Virus record (IMG/VR): IMGVR_UViG_3300012039_000020
Coordinates: 1-36,460 of that record
Length of the DNA: 36,460 nt
Origin: a virus
Taxonomy: Duplodnaviria > Caudoviricetes
Reading direction: 5' to 3' (one strand)
In this document: in pieces, positions 1-8,345 of the stretch
Numbering within the stretch: the stretch's first letter is position 1
Layout of the letters: every line of letters starts with the position of its first letter
Made by a program: the position numbers and the translations under genes
The notes under the pieces: model-generated
Told to the model about the DNA's origin: nothing
Database searches by the model: none
Seen by the model: only the letters and a program-made list of their open reading frames with translations

Positions 1-30
1 CAGAGAGACAGGGAACGTAGAGCCACACGG

Positions 31-798
31 CTACCCCTTGACCTTCCTCGCCTGGCGTTGGCGCTCGCCATCGCGGACCATCTTCTTGGCGGTCGCGACG
101 GTCGCGCTGCTCTCGACCCAGTCGGTCTCGACCCCCTCGTGGTTCTTTCCGGTTGCGGGGCGCTGGCCGTTCTTCCGGCTCACGATCTCCCGGACCTTGT
201 CCATCACGTCGAGCAGCGGCAGCCGGGCGATCAGCCCCTTGCGCCACTCCCGATCCTGGGCGACCGCCGCCTCCAGATGCATGATCGCGTTCGCCTGCGC
301 GTCGCACCGCTTTTCCAGCTCGGCCACCCGCGTTAGCAGCTTCGCGTCGCCCCAGCTCCGACACAGCACGTCGGCGCGCTCCGCGACCACGGCGACGGCT
401 TGCAGGCGATCGACGATCTCCGCGAACCTCTTCCTCAGCCGCGACGTCCCCGCGTACCGGGGCGCGCGGTCGTAGTCCTCCTCGCGCGTTCGTTCGACGT
501 CGACCTCGACGGCGCGCAGGCGATCGAGAAGCCGCGAGTCGCACATGAATCCTCCGGCCTCCTCGAGCCCGGTCTCGACGCGCAGCCGGTAGACCGCGGA
601 CCGCGTCTCCGCCAGCGCCGATGCGATGCGTCTGTCGATCAGCGCGTCGACCTCGGCGCGTCGCTGCTCGGCGGTCCATCGTTTGATCTCGAGCCCGACG
701 AACGGAAGCGGCTGCACGAGCAGCGTCCGGGCCTCGCGGTAGAGGCGCCAGCCGACCCAGGCATCGGCACGGTGGAAGTAGAAACGGAACTTCAGCAC
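31..798 (-). CDS. Hypothetical phage protein (short aromatic N-terminal domain plus coiled-coil)
   Basis: 255-aa ORF with a GTG start overlapping the upstream stop. Composition is natural, unlike the Arg/Pro-rich shadow frames. Confidence 0.7.
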   Translation of the reverse strand: MLKFRFYFHRADAWVGWRLYREARTLLVQPLPFVGLEIKRWTAEQRRAEVDALIDRRIASALAETRSAVYRLRVETGLEEAGGFMCDSRLLDRLRAVEVDVERTREEDYDRAPRYAGTSRLRKRFAEIVDRLQAVAVVAERADVLCRSWGDAKLLTRVAELEKRCDAQANAIMHLEAAVAQDREWRKGLIARLPLLDVMDKVREIVSRKNGQRPATGKNHEGVETDWVESSATVATAKKMVRDGERQRQARKVKG

Positions 799-1385
799 TT
801 CAGGATCCTCCTAGCTCGACACGGGTCGCAGAGGGACGCGCACGGCGAATCGCCGGCGGCGCCCTCGCAGTCGGGATGGACGTCGCGCGCTGTTCGCGCG
901 CACTGGGTCGCGGCGATGTCCTCGACGAATCGCCTCCACTCGGCGATATCCAACTCGTCTAGGACCGACCACTCGACGCTCGTCGTCGCGCGCAGCAGAC
1001 GATCGACGACGACCTCGCCGCTTTCGAGCCGGCGTGTCGAGAAGTGCAGGTCGACCCTCGAGCGGCCCGGCGCCTGCTGCCGGACGAGGCGGATCTCGGG
1101 AACGCAGGACAGACCGCGCAGCGCCTCGGCCTGCTCGCATCGATCGCGCAGCCACTCCTGCGGGAGATCGCAGGCGAGCACTTCGACGGCCTCGGAGCGC
1201 CGCGAGTTCAGGCGAGGATCGCCGCGCTCCAGAATGGACCGCTCGCCGAGGATCTTCCCGACGACCTCGCCGACCAGCCGCGCCAGCGCGCGGTCGTTCT
1301 GCCCGCCGTCCAAGCCCCCGGGTTCCTTGTGCCACTCCTCGCGCTGGAGCTCGGCGAGGCGGGCGGAGAGTTCGGCGGGCGTCAT
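792..1385 (-). CDS. Hypothetical protein (MTPAELSARL...)
   Basis: ATG at 1385 overlaps the stop of the 1382-1666 gene (ATGA). 197 aa. Confidence 0.65.
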   Translation of the reverse strand: MTPAELSARLAELQREEWHKEPGGLDGGQNDRALARLVGEVVGKILGERSILERGDPRLNSRRSEAVEVLACDLPQEWLRDRCEQAEALRGLSCVPEIRLVRQQAPGRSRVDLHFSTRRLESGEVVVDRLLRATTSVEWSVLDELDIAEWRRFVEDIAATQCARTARDVHPDCEGAAGDSPCASLCDPCRARRILKC

Positions 1386-1666
1386 AGGCCCGACCTCGCG
1401 GCGCACGGCGCGCACTTGAACGAGTCGCCGAGGGTCACCGAGCACGACGGCGTTCGATCGCACGGCATGGCGCCGAGCACCGCGCGGACCGCCTTCTCCG
1501 CGAGGGCGCGCGCGAGCGCCGAAACGATCTCGTCGCGCATCTCGACCGCCAGCCGGCGCAGCGCGCGGCGATCGGCCTCGCGCACGTATGCCTCGCCGGC
1601 GCCGCCCCAGCCTTCCTCGACCAGGAGCTCGGCGTAGCGGTCGGTCCACTCGTCCACCGTCCTCAT
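1382..1666 (-). CDS. Hypothetical protein with C-terminal Cys cluster (MRTVDEWTDRY...)
   Basis: ATG at 1666 overlaps the DUF5131 stop. 94 aa, ending CDRTPSC...CAPC. Confidence 0.6.
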   Translation of the reverse strand: MRTVDEWTDRYAELLVEEGWGGAGEAYVREADRRALRRLAVEMRDEIVSALARALAEKAVRAVLGAMPCDRTPSCSVTLGDSFKCAPCAARSGL

Positions 1667-2697
1667 CTCGGAAACTCCCGGACCCGCAGGTCCTCCGGCC
1701 ACTCTCTCGGGTCGCCGCCCTTGCGGTCGCGTAAGGAGATCGACGTCATCGCCATCTTGTACGCTCCGTCGATCGCGCACGGAAAGTGTCCGTGCGTCGG
1801 ATCGGGATCGACCTCGAACGGATTGGCGCCGAGCTGCTTCACGAAGCACGGCACCAGCGCGTCGCGGCATTGTCCGACGATCGATCGGACCCACGCGACG
1901 TCGCACGGCCGCGCGCCGGGCCCGCTCTCACCGCCGACGATGAGCCAGTCGATCTCGCGCCCATACTTGATGCAGACGCGGCCGCCCTCGCGGAACCCAA
2001 CCTCTTCGGCCGTGTTCGACGCGATCGTCCCGGCGTGGCCGATCCACGCGCATTGGAACTCGATCGGACCCAGCAGCGGCTCCGCGCTCACGAACCGCAC
2101 CGCGGCCGGCGTGTCGAGCAGGATCGGGATCCGCGCGTCCGCCGTCGCCTGGTCCTCGCAGGAGACCCCGAGCCAGACGTTCCTGGTCGGGAAGCATCCC
2201 TCCCACTGCTCCTCGACGCACCATCCGTTCTCCTCGATCAGCCGAATCCCGGCGTCGGAGATGTGCTTCGTCCGCCGACGTCGCGACTCCGCCCACGCGC
2301 GCATCCGCTCCGCGCGCTTCGTCAGAACCTGGAACGTGTGCTGCCGCGCGAGCGCCATCACGGCGAACACCTGGTCGATCTGATCGTCGGTAACCCACTC
2401 GCCGAACAGGTCCGTCATCGAGCAGACGAACACGCGGCGCGGCTTCCTCCACTTGAGCGGCTGCGCGAGGATCGACTCGTCGATGTAGTGCTCGGAGAGG
2501 CCGCGCTTGTCTCGCGCGTAGGGTAGGCCCGTCCCGCCGTTCGGCAGGCGTCGGCCGTTGAACGTCTCGGCGTAGCACGAGGCGCAGCCGGCGCTGACCT
2601 TCTCGCAGTGCCAGCCGACCTTGCCGTCGTCGAGCCGCCGCGCGCGTAGCGGCGTCCACGTGGCGTCGGTCCAGGCGATCGAGGTAGAGACACTCAT
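1663..2697 (-). CDS. DUF5131 / phage Gp37-Gp68 family protein (radical-SAM-like)
   Basis: Family motifs present: TSIAWTDATW, CEKVSAGCASCYA, VFVCSMTDLF, HTFQVLTKR, RFVSAEPLLG, WLIVGGESG, FVKQLG. Confidence 0.92.
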   Translation of the reverse strand: MSVSTSIAWTDATWTPLRARRLDDGKVGWHCEKVSAGCASCYAETFNGRRLPNGGTGLPYARDKRGLSEHYIDESILAQPLKWRKPRRVFVCSMTDLFGEWVTDDQIDQVFAVMALARQHTFQVLTKRAERMRAWAESRRRRTKHISDAGIRLIEENGWCVEEQWEGCFPTRNVWLGVSCEDQATADARIPILLDTPAAVRFVSAEPLLGPIEFQCAWIGHAGTIASNTAEEVGFREGGRVCIKYGREIDWLIVGGESGPGARPCDVAWVRSIVGQCRDALVPCFVKQLGANPFEVDPDPTHGHFPCAIDGAYKMAMTSISLRDRKGGDPREWPEDLRVREFPR

Positions 2698-3401
2698 CGC
2701 GCGACCTCCTCCGTCGCCCGCACGACGCGCCCGCCGCGGATCTCCTCGACGGCGGCCGTCGCCGCGCCCGCCTCGATCGCCTTCTCCTCCGCGAGCGCGA
2801 CGTGCTCGAGCCGAGCCCCGAGGGCGCGCGCGGCGGCGCGCGTCGTCAGCCCGCCCGGAGTCGCGCGCAGGAGCAGGACGTACGCGCGGCTCAGACCGCC
2901 CAGGTAGACGTCGAGCTTCATCCGGGGCTTCGGCTCAGCCGGCGCGCGCGGCCCGTCGAGGGGGCAGCCAGGCGGCGGCCGGTACGCGCGCGCTGCCGCG
3001 ACGACGTGCTCGTTCGCGACGATCGTGGCCGCGAGGCCGCGCGGTGATCGGTTCACCGCGAGGCCGGACGCCAGGCCGGCGGGCAGCGCGCGCAGAAGCC
3101 CGGCGCTGATGTTCGCGTTCAGCGGGACCGACCGCGGGCGGAAGGCGACGGGCCCCAGCGCCCTCTTTGGCGGTCCCTCGCGCGCGAGGCGCGCGACGAC
3201 CTCGGCCGTCGCCCGCTCGACCGCGCTGCGCTCGCCGTTCACGTACGCGCACCGCCGGCGGGACGCCGGGTACCAATTCACGACGCGGCCGCGGCCGACG
3301 CGCACCTGGAGGTGCCCGTTGCCGCGGTCGGTCGGCTCGAGCCCCAGGCGACGGAGATCCTCCGCCGCCTGGAGCACAGCCTGGTTCGTCGACGTCGGCA
3401 C
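2694..3401 (-). CDS. Hypothetical protein, possible C-terminal HTH-like region
   Basis: Likely GTG start at 3401 just after the previous stop. GHLQV...VVNWYP N-terminal domain. Stop overlaps the DUF5131 ATG. Confidence 0.55.
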   Translation of the reverse strand: MPTSTNQAVLQAAEDLRRLGLEPTDRGNGHLQVRVGRGRVVNWYPASRRRCAYVNGERSAVERATAEVVARLAREGPPKRALGPVAFRPRSVPLNANISAGLLRALPAGLASGLAVNRSPRGLAATIVANEHVVAAARAYRPPPGCPLDGPRAPAEPKPRMKLDVYLGGLSRAYVLLLRATPGGLTTRAAARALGARLEHVALAEEKAIEAGAATAAVEEIRGGRVVRATEEVAR

Positions 3402-3408
3402 GGTCGCC

Positions 3409-4197
3409 CTACTCTTCGCCCTCGAGCACCGGCTCGCCCTGGAACACCGCAACGCCAGGCAGCGCCGCCGTCAGGATCGCGTGGATCTCTGCCTGGGCCG
3501 CGCTGACGGCCTCCTCGATCGCGTCCGCGTAAGGCCGCAGGGCGACCTTCTGCGCGTGGACGTCGAGGTAGACGCCGCAGGGGACCGCCGGCGCGATGTG
3601 GCGCAGGCCGTCGACCTGGTAGATCGGCGCGTTCGCAACGAACATCTCGGGTATGTCGGCCGCCTGCTGGACGATCGCCTCGACCGATCGGCCGAGGCTC
3701 TCCCGCCCGTGCTCGGTCGTCGCCCCGCCGGCCTCGGTCCGCTTGAAGTCGACGCGCCGCAGCGCCGCGACGAGCGCGTCGGCGCCGACCGCCTGCAGGT
3801 CGAACCGCAGAAGCCGGATCGCCTCGGGCACGAACATCCCGGTCGGCTCGCGGCGCAGCTTGCGCAGCGTTGCGAATCGATCCGTCTCGTGGGTCGGCAT
3901 GAACGCGACCTCCGTTCGCTTCGCGCGGTCGAGCACGACCCGCACGCCCTGGCTCCCTAGGCCGCCGCCGTGGAACACCTCCGGCGCCGTGCAGATGGCC
4001 TTGTCCTTCACGAGCGCGATCAGGTCGCCGAGCGACCGGATCACGTAGAACCGGCCGCGCGCCGGCTTCTCCTTCAGATCGACCGCCGTCCCGCTGCGCA
4101 GAGCGACGTGGTTCGGGAACCCGGGGACCTCGTGCACCTGGACGTCGTTCGCCTTGTTCGCCAGCGCGACGAGCCTGTCTAGGAAGTCAGCGAGCAT
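3409..4197 (-). CDS. Conserved phage protein, DUF2303/YfdQ-like
   Basis: 262 aa, with ESLGRSVEA and IPEMF..NAPIY segments. Sits directly downstream of its usual small partner gene. Family call from recall. Confidence 0.55.
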   Translation of the reverse strand: MLADFLDRLVALANKANDVQVHEVPGFPNHVALRSGTAVDLKEKPARGRFYVIRSLGDLIALVKDKAICTAPEVFHGGGLGSQGVRVVLDRAKRTEVAFMPTHETDRFATLRKLRREPTGMFVPEAIRLLRFDLQAVGADALVAALRRVDFKRTEAGGATTEHGRESLGRSVEAIVQQAADIPEMFVANAPIYQVDGLRHIAPAVPCGVYLDVHAQKVALRPYADAIEEAVSAAQAEIHAILTAALPGVAVFQGEPVLEGEE

Positions 4198-4552
4198 CGC
4201 CCACCGCCTTCCTCGGGCCTTCCTTCTCGTCGAGCGTGAGCTGCCGCGCGTCGTCGGGCGATAGCTCGTTGAGGTAGAGCCCGCCGCGCTTCGAGATTGC
4301 GTTGTAGACGCGCGTCTTGCGGTCGGGGATCGTCTCCTTGATCACGAACTGCAGGTCGCAGCTCTCCATCTCGCCGTCCGGCGCCACGCTCGGGACGATC
4401 GTCGCCGTGAGCGTGATCTTCCGAGCCTCCTTCAGCGCGGGGCGGTCCTTGCAATCCGCCTCGCACCGCTTGATCGCCTCATCGAACGCCACGCCGATCC
4501 GACCCTCGTCGATCTTGGCGAGCGCTGCTACTCCGAACTTCTCCAGGGCCAT
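4187..4552 (-). CDS. Conserved small phage protein (partner of the DUF2303-like gene)
   Basis: 121 aa, DCKDRP..ARKITLT motif. AAAGGAA RBS upstream. Confidence 0.7.
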   Translation of the reverse strand: MALEKFGVAALAKIDEGRIGVAFDEAIKRCEADCKDRPALKEARKITLTATIVPSVAPDGEMESCDLQFVIKETIPDRKTRVYNAISKRGGLYLNELSPDDARQLTLDEKEGPRKAVGDAR

Positions 4553-4582
4553 GCTTGCTGCGTTCCTTTCTCTACCGGGTTG

Positions 4583-4852
4583 CTAGGGGTGGCCGCGGTA
4601 CAGCCCGCGGTCGTCTGCGAAGTTTCGAACGTTGGTCGCGTGTATCCCGTCGCTGGCGTGCTCCAGCGGGCCATCGCCGCGAATGATCGCCAGCGGCTCG
4701 CGGCACCACCAGGCCTCCCGCGCCAGCGCGCGCACGACGTCGCCGATCGCGGCGCCGTCTGCGGTCGCAGCGCGGATCGCCTCGAGCGGGTCCGGCGCAC
4801 GCGCGATCGCGCGGAGCTTCGCGATCGACACATGAGCAATGTCGTCGCTCAT
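4583..4852 (-). CDS. Hypothetical protein (MSDDIAHVS...)
   Basis: GAGGAAACC-ATG start overlapping the upstream stop. 89 aa. Confidence 0.6.
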   Translation of the reverse strand: MSDDIAHVSIAKLRAIARAPDPLEAIRAATADGAAIGDVVRALAREAWWCREPLAIIRGDGPLEHASDGIHATNVRNFADDRGLYRGHP

Positions 4853-5541
4853 GGTTTCCTCGGTGCCGGCGCAAGTTCGGCGACGAAGGACTCGAGGCGC
4901 TCGCGCGTCCACTCTCCGCCGTCGCGCGGGTCGACCGGGTAGATGGCCGTAAACGGCGCATCGATCAATGGGATCTTCGTTCTGCGAACTCGATCGATCC
5001 ATTCTCCGGCCGTCTCGCACGGCACGTGCTTGAACCCGTGGCCGTGCTTCGGCTGCGCGGGCGGCTCTCCATCCGCATCATCCCCACCGAGACGCAGCCC
5101 CTGGATCGGCTTCGGGTCGGGCACGCGAAACGGCTTCGGCGGCACGGATGCACCTGGCCGCAGGACTCCGTCGAGCGTCTTGCGCCGCTCCTCGCCGGCG
5201 ACGGCCATCGCCTTCGTCGCGAGCAGCTCCGCGCGCATCGGGTCGCCGATCGAGACCGCAGCGATGAACGCCTCGACGCGGCCCTCGCGGCGAAATGTCG
5301 CGCCGAAGGCGAGCACGACGTCGGGCACGGCGAAGTTGTCGCGCGCGTCGCGCACGCGCTTCACGAAGAGGTCGAGCGCAGCCTTCGCGTCGCCCCAGCT
5401 CGCGTACGGCTCGAGCGGGTCCTTGCCGAGTCGCTCGACGCGGCTCGGCTCGGTCGTCGCGAATCCTTGCGGCGTGTACTTCATGCGGCAGTCCTCGGTC
5501 GTTCGCCGGCTCCCGTCGCAGTCCTCGTCTAGCTCGCTCAT
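4849..5541 (-). CDS. Hypothetical protein
   Basis: ATG at 5541 overlaps the helicase TGA (alternative start 5484, MKYTPQG). About 230 aa. Confidence 0.6.
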   Translation of the reverse strand: MSELDEDCDGSRRTTEDCRMKYTPQGFATTEPSRVERLGKDPLEPYASWGDAKAALDLFVKRVRDARDNFAVPDVVLAFGATFRREGRVEAFIAAVSIGDPMRAELLATKAMAVAGEERRKTLDGVLRPGASVPPKPFRVPDPKPIQGLRLGGDDADGEPPAQPKHGHGFKHVPCETAGEWIDRVRRTKIPLIDAPFTAIYPVDPRDGGEWTRERLESFVAELAPAPRKP

Positions 5542-8070
5542 CTCTGCCACGGAACGCTCCTTCCTCCGCTGGGGGACAGTAGCGTGAGCGACCGGCGCGC
5601 ACGCGTCATCCCGACGTAGAACACTCGCCGCACCGCGTCGCGGTGCTCGCCTCCCCGCACCCACTCGTCGGCGCCCGACGTCGACAGCTCTGGCGAGAGC
5701 AGGACGTGCGTCGCCTCCGCGCCCTTCGTCGAGTGCACCGTCCCGGTCACGATCCGCGGCTCGTCGACGAGCGCGCGGGCGCCGCGCTTCTCGCAGACCG
5801 CGAGCGCGTACTCCAGGCGCGCGCGCCAGCTCTCCAGGAGACGATCCCCGAGCCAGCGCCAGGGCGCCGGGCTCATCATCGCCTCGCGCAGGGATCCGAG
5901 CGCAGCCGGCTCCAGGATCGCCTCGAGGTCCGTCGACGTCGCCGGGAGCGGGTTTGCCAGCTTCGCGTCGTCGCGCGCTCGGGCCTGCAGGTGCTTCTTG
6001 CCCCCCTTGCGTAGCGCGCCCTCGGCCTCGACGGGCTCGAGGAACCGGAGGAGCTCCGGGAAGGTCCAAACCCGCACCCGGGACGGGTCGGTTCCGCCGA
6101 GCAGGTCGGGCCTCATCGGGCGGATCATCGAGACCAACCGATCGGCGCCGCCGCGCAACGGGTTCCAGGCTCCATTTTTCGTGCGCCACGGGTTCCAGAA
6201 CGGCGCCCCCCGCGCGCGCAGCGAGCGGATCGTCGCCTGCAGCATGTAGGCGCAGCTCGCGAGGACCATCGCCGTGTCGCCGTTCTCGGTCCGGCGCTCC
6301 AGCTCGTCGGCCACCCATTCGCCGTCGCCCAGGCCGCGCGAGAGGTAGCCGCCGCCGTTCATCGTCACGAGCTCGCCGTCGTCGTCGCGCGCGTGGTACT
6401 CGAAGTCGACCTCGGTCTCGCAGCGCCTGATCCAGGCGAGCGAGGCGTCCCGAACGACGCGGGGGACGCGGTAGCTCTGCGCGAGCACGCGCCAATCCTT
6501 CTCATCGATCGCGGGCTCGAGGAACCCGCGCGGCGCCGAGCCTCGCCACGAGTAAAGGCAGTTATGCGTGACGATCCCGTCGGCGACGTAGGTCACGTCG
6601 CGCTCGACCTCGAGCGAGTAGACCGGCCCTTCGAACTCATCCTCGATCTCGATCGATACGGGCAGCCACCGAACATCGCGACCGTTCGGCCACGTGACCG
6701 GGACGCACATCAGCTCTTCGATCAGGTTGCACGCCCTGACTCGAAAGATGGTGTTTCGGCCCTTCGGCCTAGGATTCGAGATCAGCGGCCATGCGACCTC
6801 GCGCCCATGGCGCTTCAGGCATTCCTTCGCTCTGACCGTCAGGTCAATCTCAGCGAGCGCTCCGAAGACGCGTTCGATCGACTCGCGAGTCATGTGCCCC
6901 CGCGTCGATTCTGGACGCGGCTCGAAGCAAATGGTCGGCAGGCCGTACCTGGCGGCTACAGCCGATTCGATTTCGGACGCTCGAGCTCGCGAGTCGACGA
7001 CCTCCAAGACCCAGATCGCGTCGGCTTTTTCTAGTCGCGCGCGCATCCAGAGGTGGAGGCCGCCGTCTGCGTTGAAGACCTGACACCAGCCGACTCGCCA
7101 GCGATCGCCGCGGCGCATGAGATACACGCAGCATCGGCCCTTCCTGCGAGCGTCCGGATTCCACCGAGCCACCCAGACGTGATCCGGAGTGCACTCCGTC
7201 GACGACAGGCCCACGGTCACGCGCAGCATCTCTCCCTCGTAGTGTCGTCGGGCGACATTGAATCGTCTCCCGGAGCTCGCGCGCGTGCTCCGCCCACGGC
7301 CGCAGATCGTCCCTTCGCGCGAGTCGAAGGATTGGACGCGGTGTTTCTTGGGGTCGAGAAACTCGATCGGGACGGGCCCGGCCCCAACGACGTCAACCAT
7401 CGTCCCGGCCGGCTGGCACTGCGCCGGGTCGCCCACTAGGACGATCCCATCCATCTCCTCGGCCCATTGTCGAACGAGAGCGAGTTCGAGCGGGGACCAG
7501 TCCTGCGTCTCGTCGAAGTACCCGGCGCTCGGCGAGCCGGCCGGCGAGACGCCGTCGCGTAGGCAGAGCTCCAGCAGGTCGGTGAAGTCGAGCAGCCCAG
7601 CCTCGCTCTTCCAGTCGCCCCACGCGGCGGCGAAGGCGCCGACGTCCTCCGGCCAGGCCTCTGGCGGGACCCTCCGCTGCCGGAGGTTTTCCATGCGCTC
7701 GACGCGCTCGTCCCCCGGAGCGCCCTTGCGCGGGTCGACTGCGGCAGGCGCCTCGTCCGCCGAGTCGCGGGCCCCGGAGAGCGCCCAGTGGGGGTGGGCC
7801 TGGTTCCACTCGGCGAGCTGGTCCGCGACGAGCCTGGGGCGCCCCAGGGCGCGCCAGCAGAGCGCGTGCAGCGTCCCGACGTTCTCCTCGACGAGGCCGC
7901 CGAGGTCCCGCCCGGCGACCTCCCGGGCGGCCGCCCGGGTCAGCGACGCGACCACCACGCCGCTCGGTCCGAACTTGTCCACGCCCAGCCGGACCTGCTT
8001 CGAGAGATACGTCGTCTTCCCCGTTCCGTCGTCAAGGCGGCCCGACGACGCGGTATTCCTTGAGCGTCAT
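5538..8070 (-). CDS. SF1 UvrD/Rep-like DNA helicase, with a frameshifted Walker A and an intein
   Basis: Motif I is split as MTLKEYRVVGPP*|GTGKTT. Other motifs are intact: Ia SLTRAAARE, II YFDETQD, III VGDPAQ/CLYSWRG, IV LAQSYRVP, V TVHSTKGAE, VI FYVGMTRAR. Confidence 0.9.
6561..7418 (-). mobile_element. Intein (286 aa) in helicase motif III with a GIY-YIG-like central domain
   Basis: Starts CQPAGTMV. Block B CTPDH, block F VYSLEVE, ends GIVTHN, followed by a Cys +1 nucleophile. Removal restores GDPAQ-CLYSWRG. Confidence 0.93.
8028..8037 (-). other. Frame discontinuity in Walker A: CCT-TGA-C-GAC (7 extra nt)
   Basis: Minus strand reads GGG CCG CCT TGA C GAC GGA ACG GGG AAG ACG ACG. Confidence 0.85.
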
Positions 8071-8124
8071 CGGGCCGCCGTCTTTCCGCGCGGTTCGAGC
8101 CGCTCCGGATGCCTACTCGGGACG

Positions 8125-8345
8125 CCGAAGATGGCTACGCGAAGTAGCGAGTTGGATACGAGATTCGCGCCCCCGCGCGCGACGCGTAGCCATATGGTTA
8201 CTAGGCTACCAGCTTCCGTCGACGTAAGTCCGCCTAGAATATAGAGTTTCGCCACGTAGTTACTTTCCGACCTCTGAGGGCTCCTCTGCGCTCTCGCGCG
8301 CACGGATAGGCGCGCGCGTGCGCGCGCGCGCGCGTTCCATATATG
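8125..8345. promoter_or_regulatory. Candidate replication origin between primase and helicase
   Basis: Locally AT-richer. 11-bp inverted repeat ATGGCTACGCG (8131-8141) / CGCGTAGCCAT (8183-8193), repeated (G/A)GYTAC units, and an alternating purine-pyrimidine tract at 8310-8335. Confidence 0.45.

Noticed and set aside
8005-8035. TTGACG in the helicase insert acting as a -35 box
   Set aside because: The nearest -10-like hexamer is 20 nt away and a poor match.
8067-8303. 78-aa ORF in the same frame as the helicase body (possible readthrough N-terminus)
   Set aside because: Readthrough would give RSRNTASSGRLDDGTGKT, lacking the hydrophobic strand and GPP that the ATG-8070 frame supplies. Codon usage is atypical and it spans the origin-like region.
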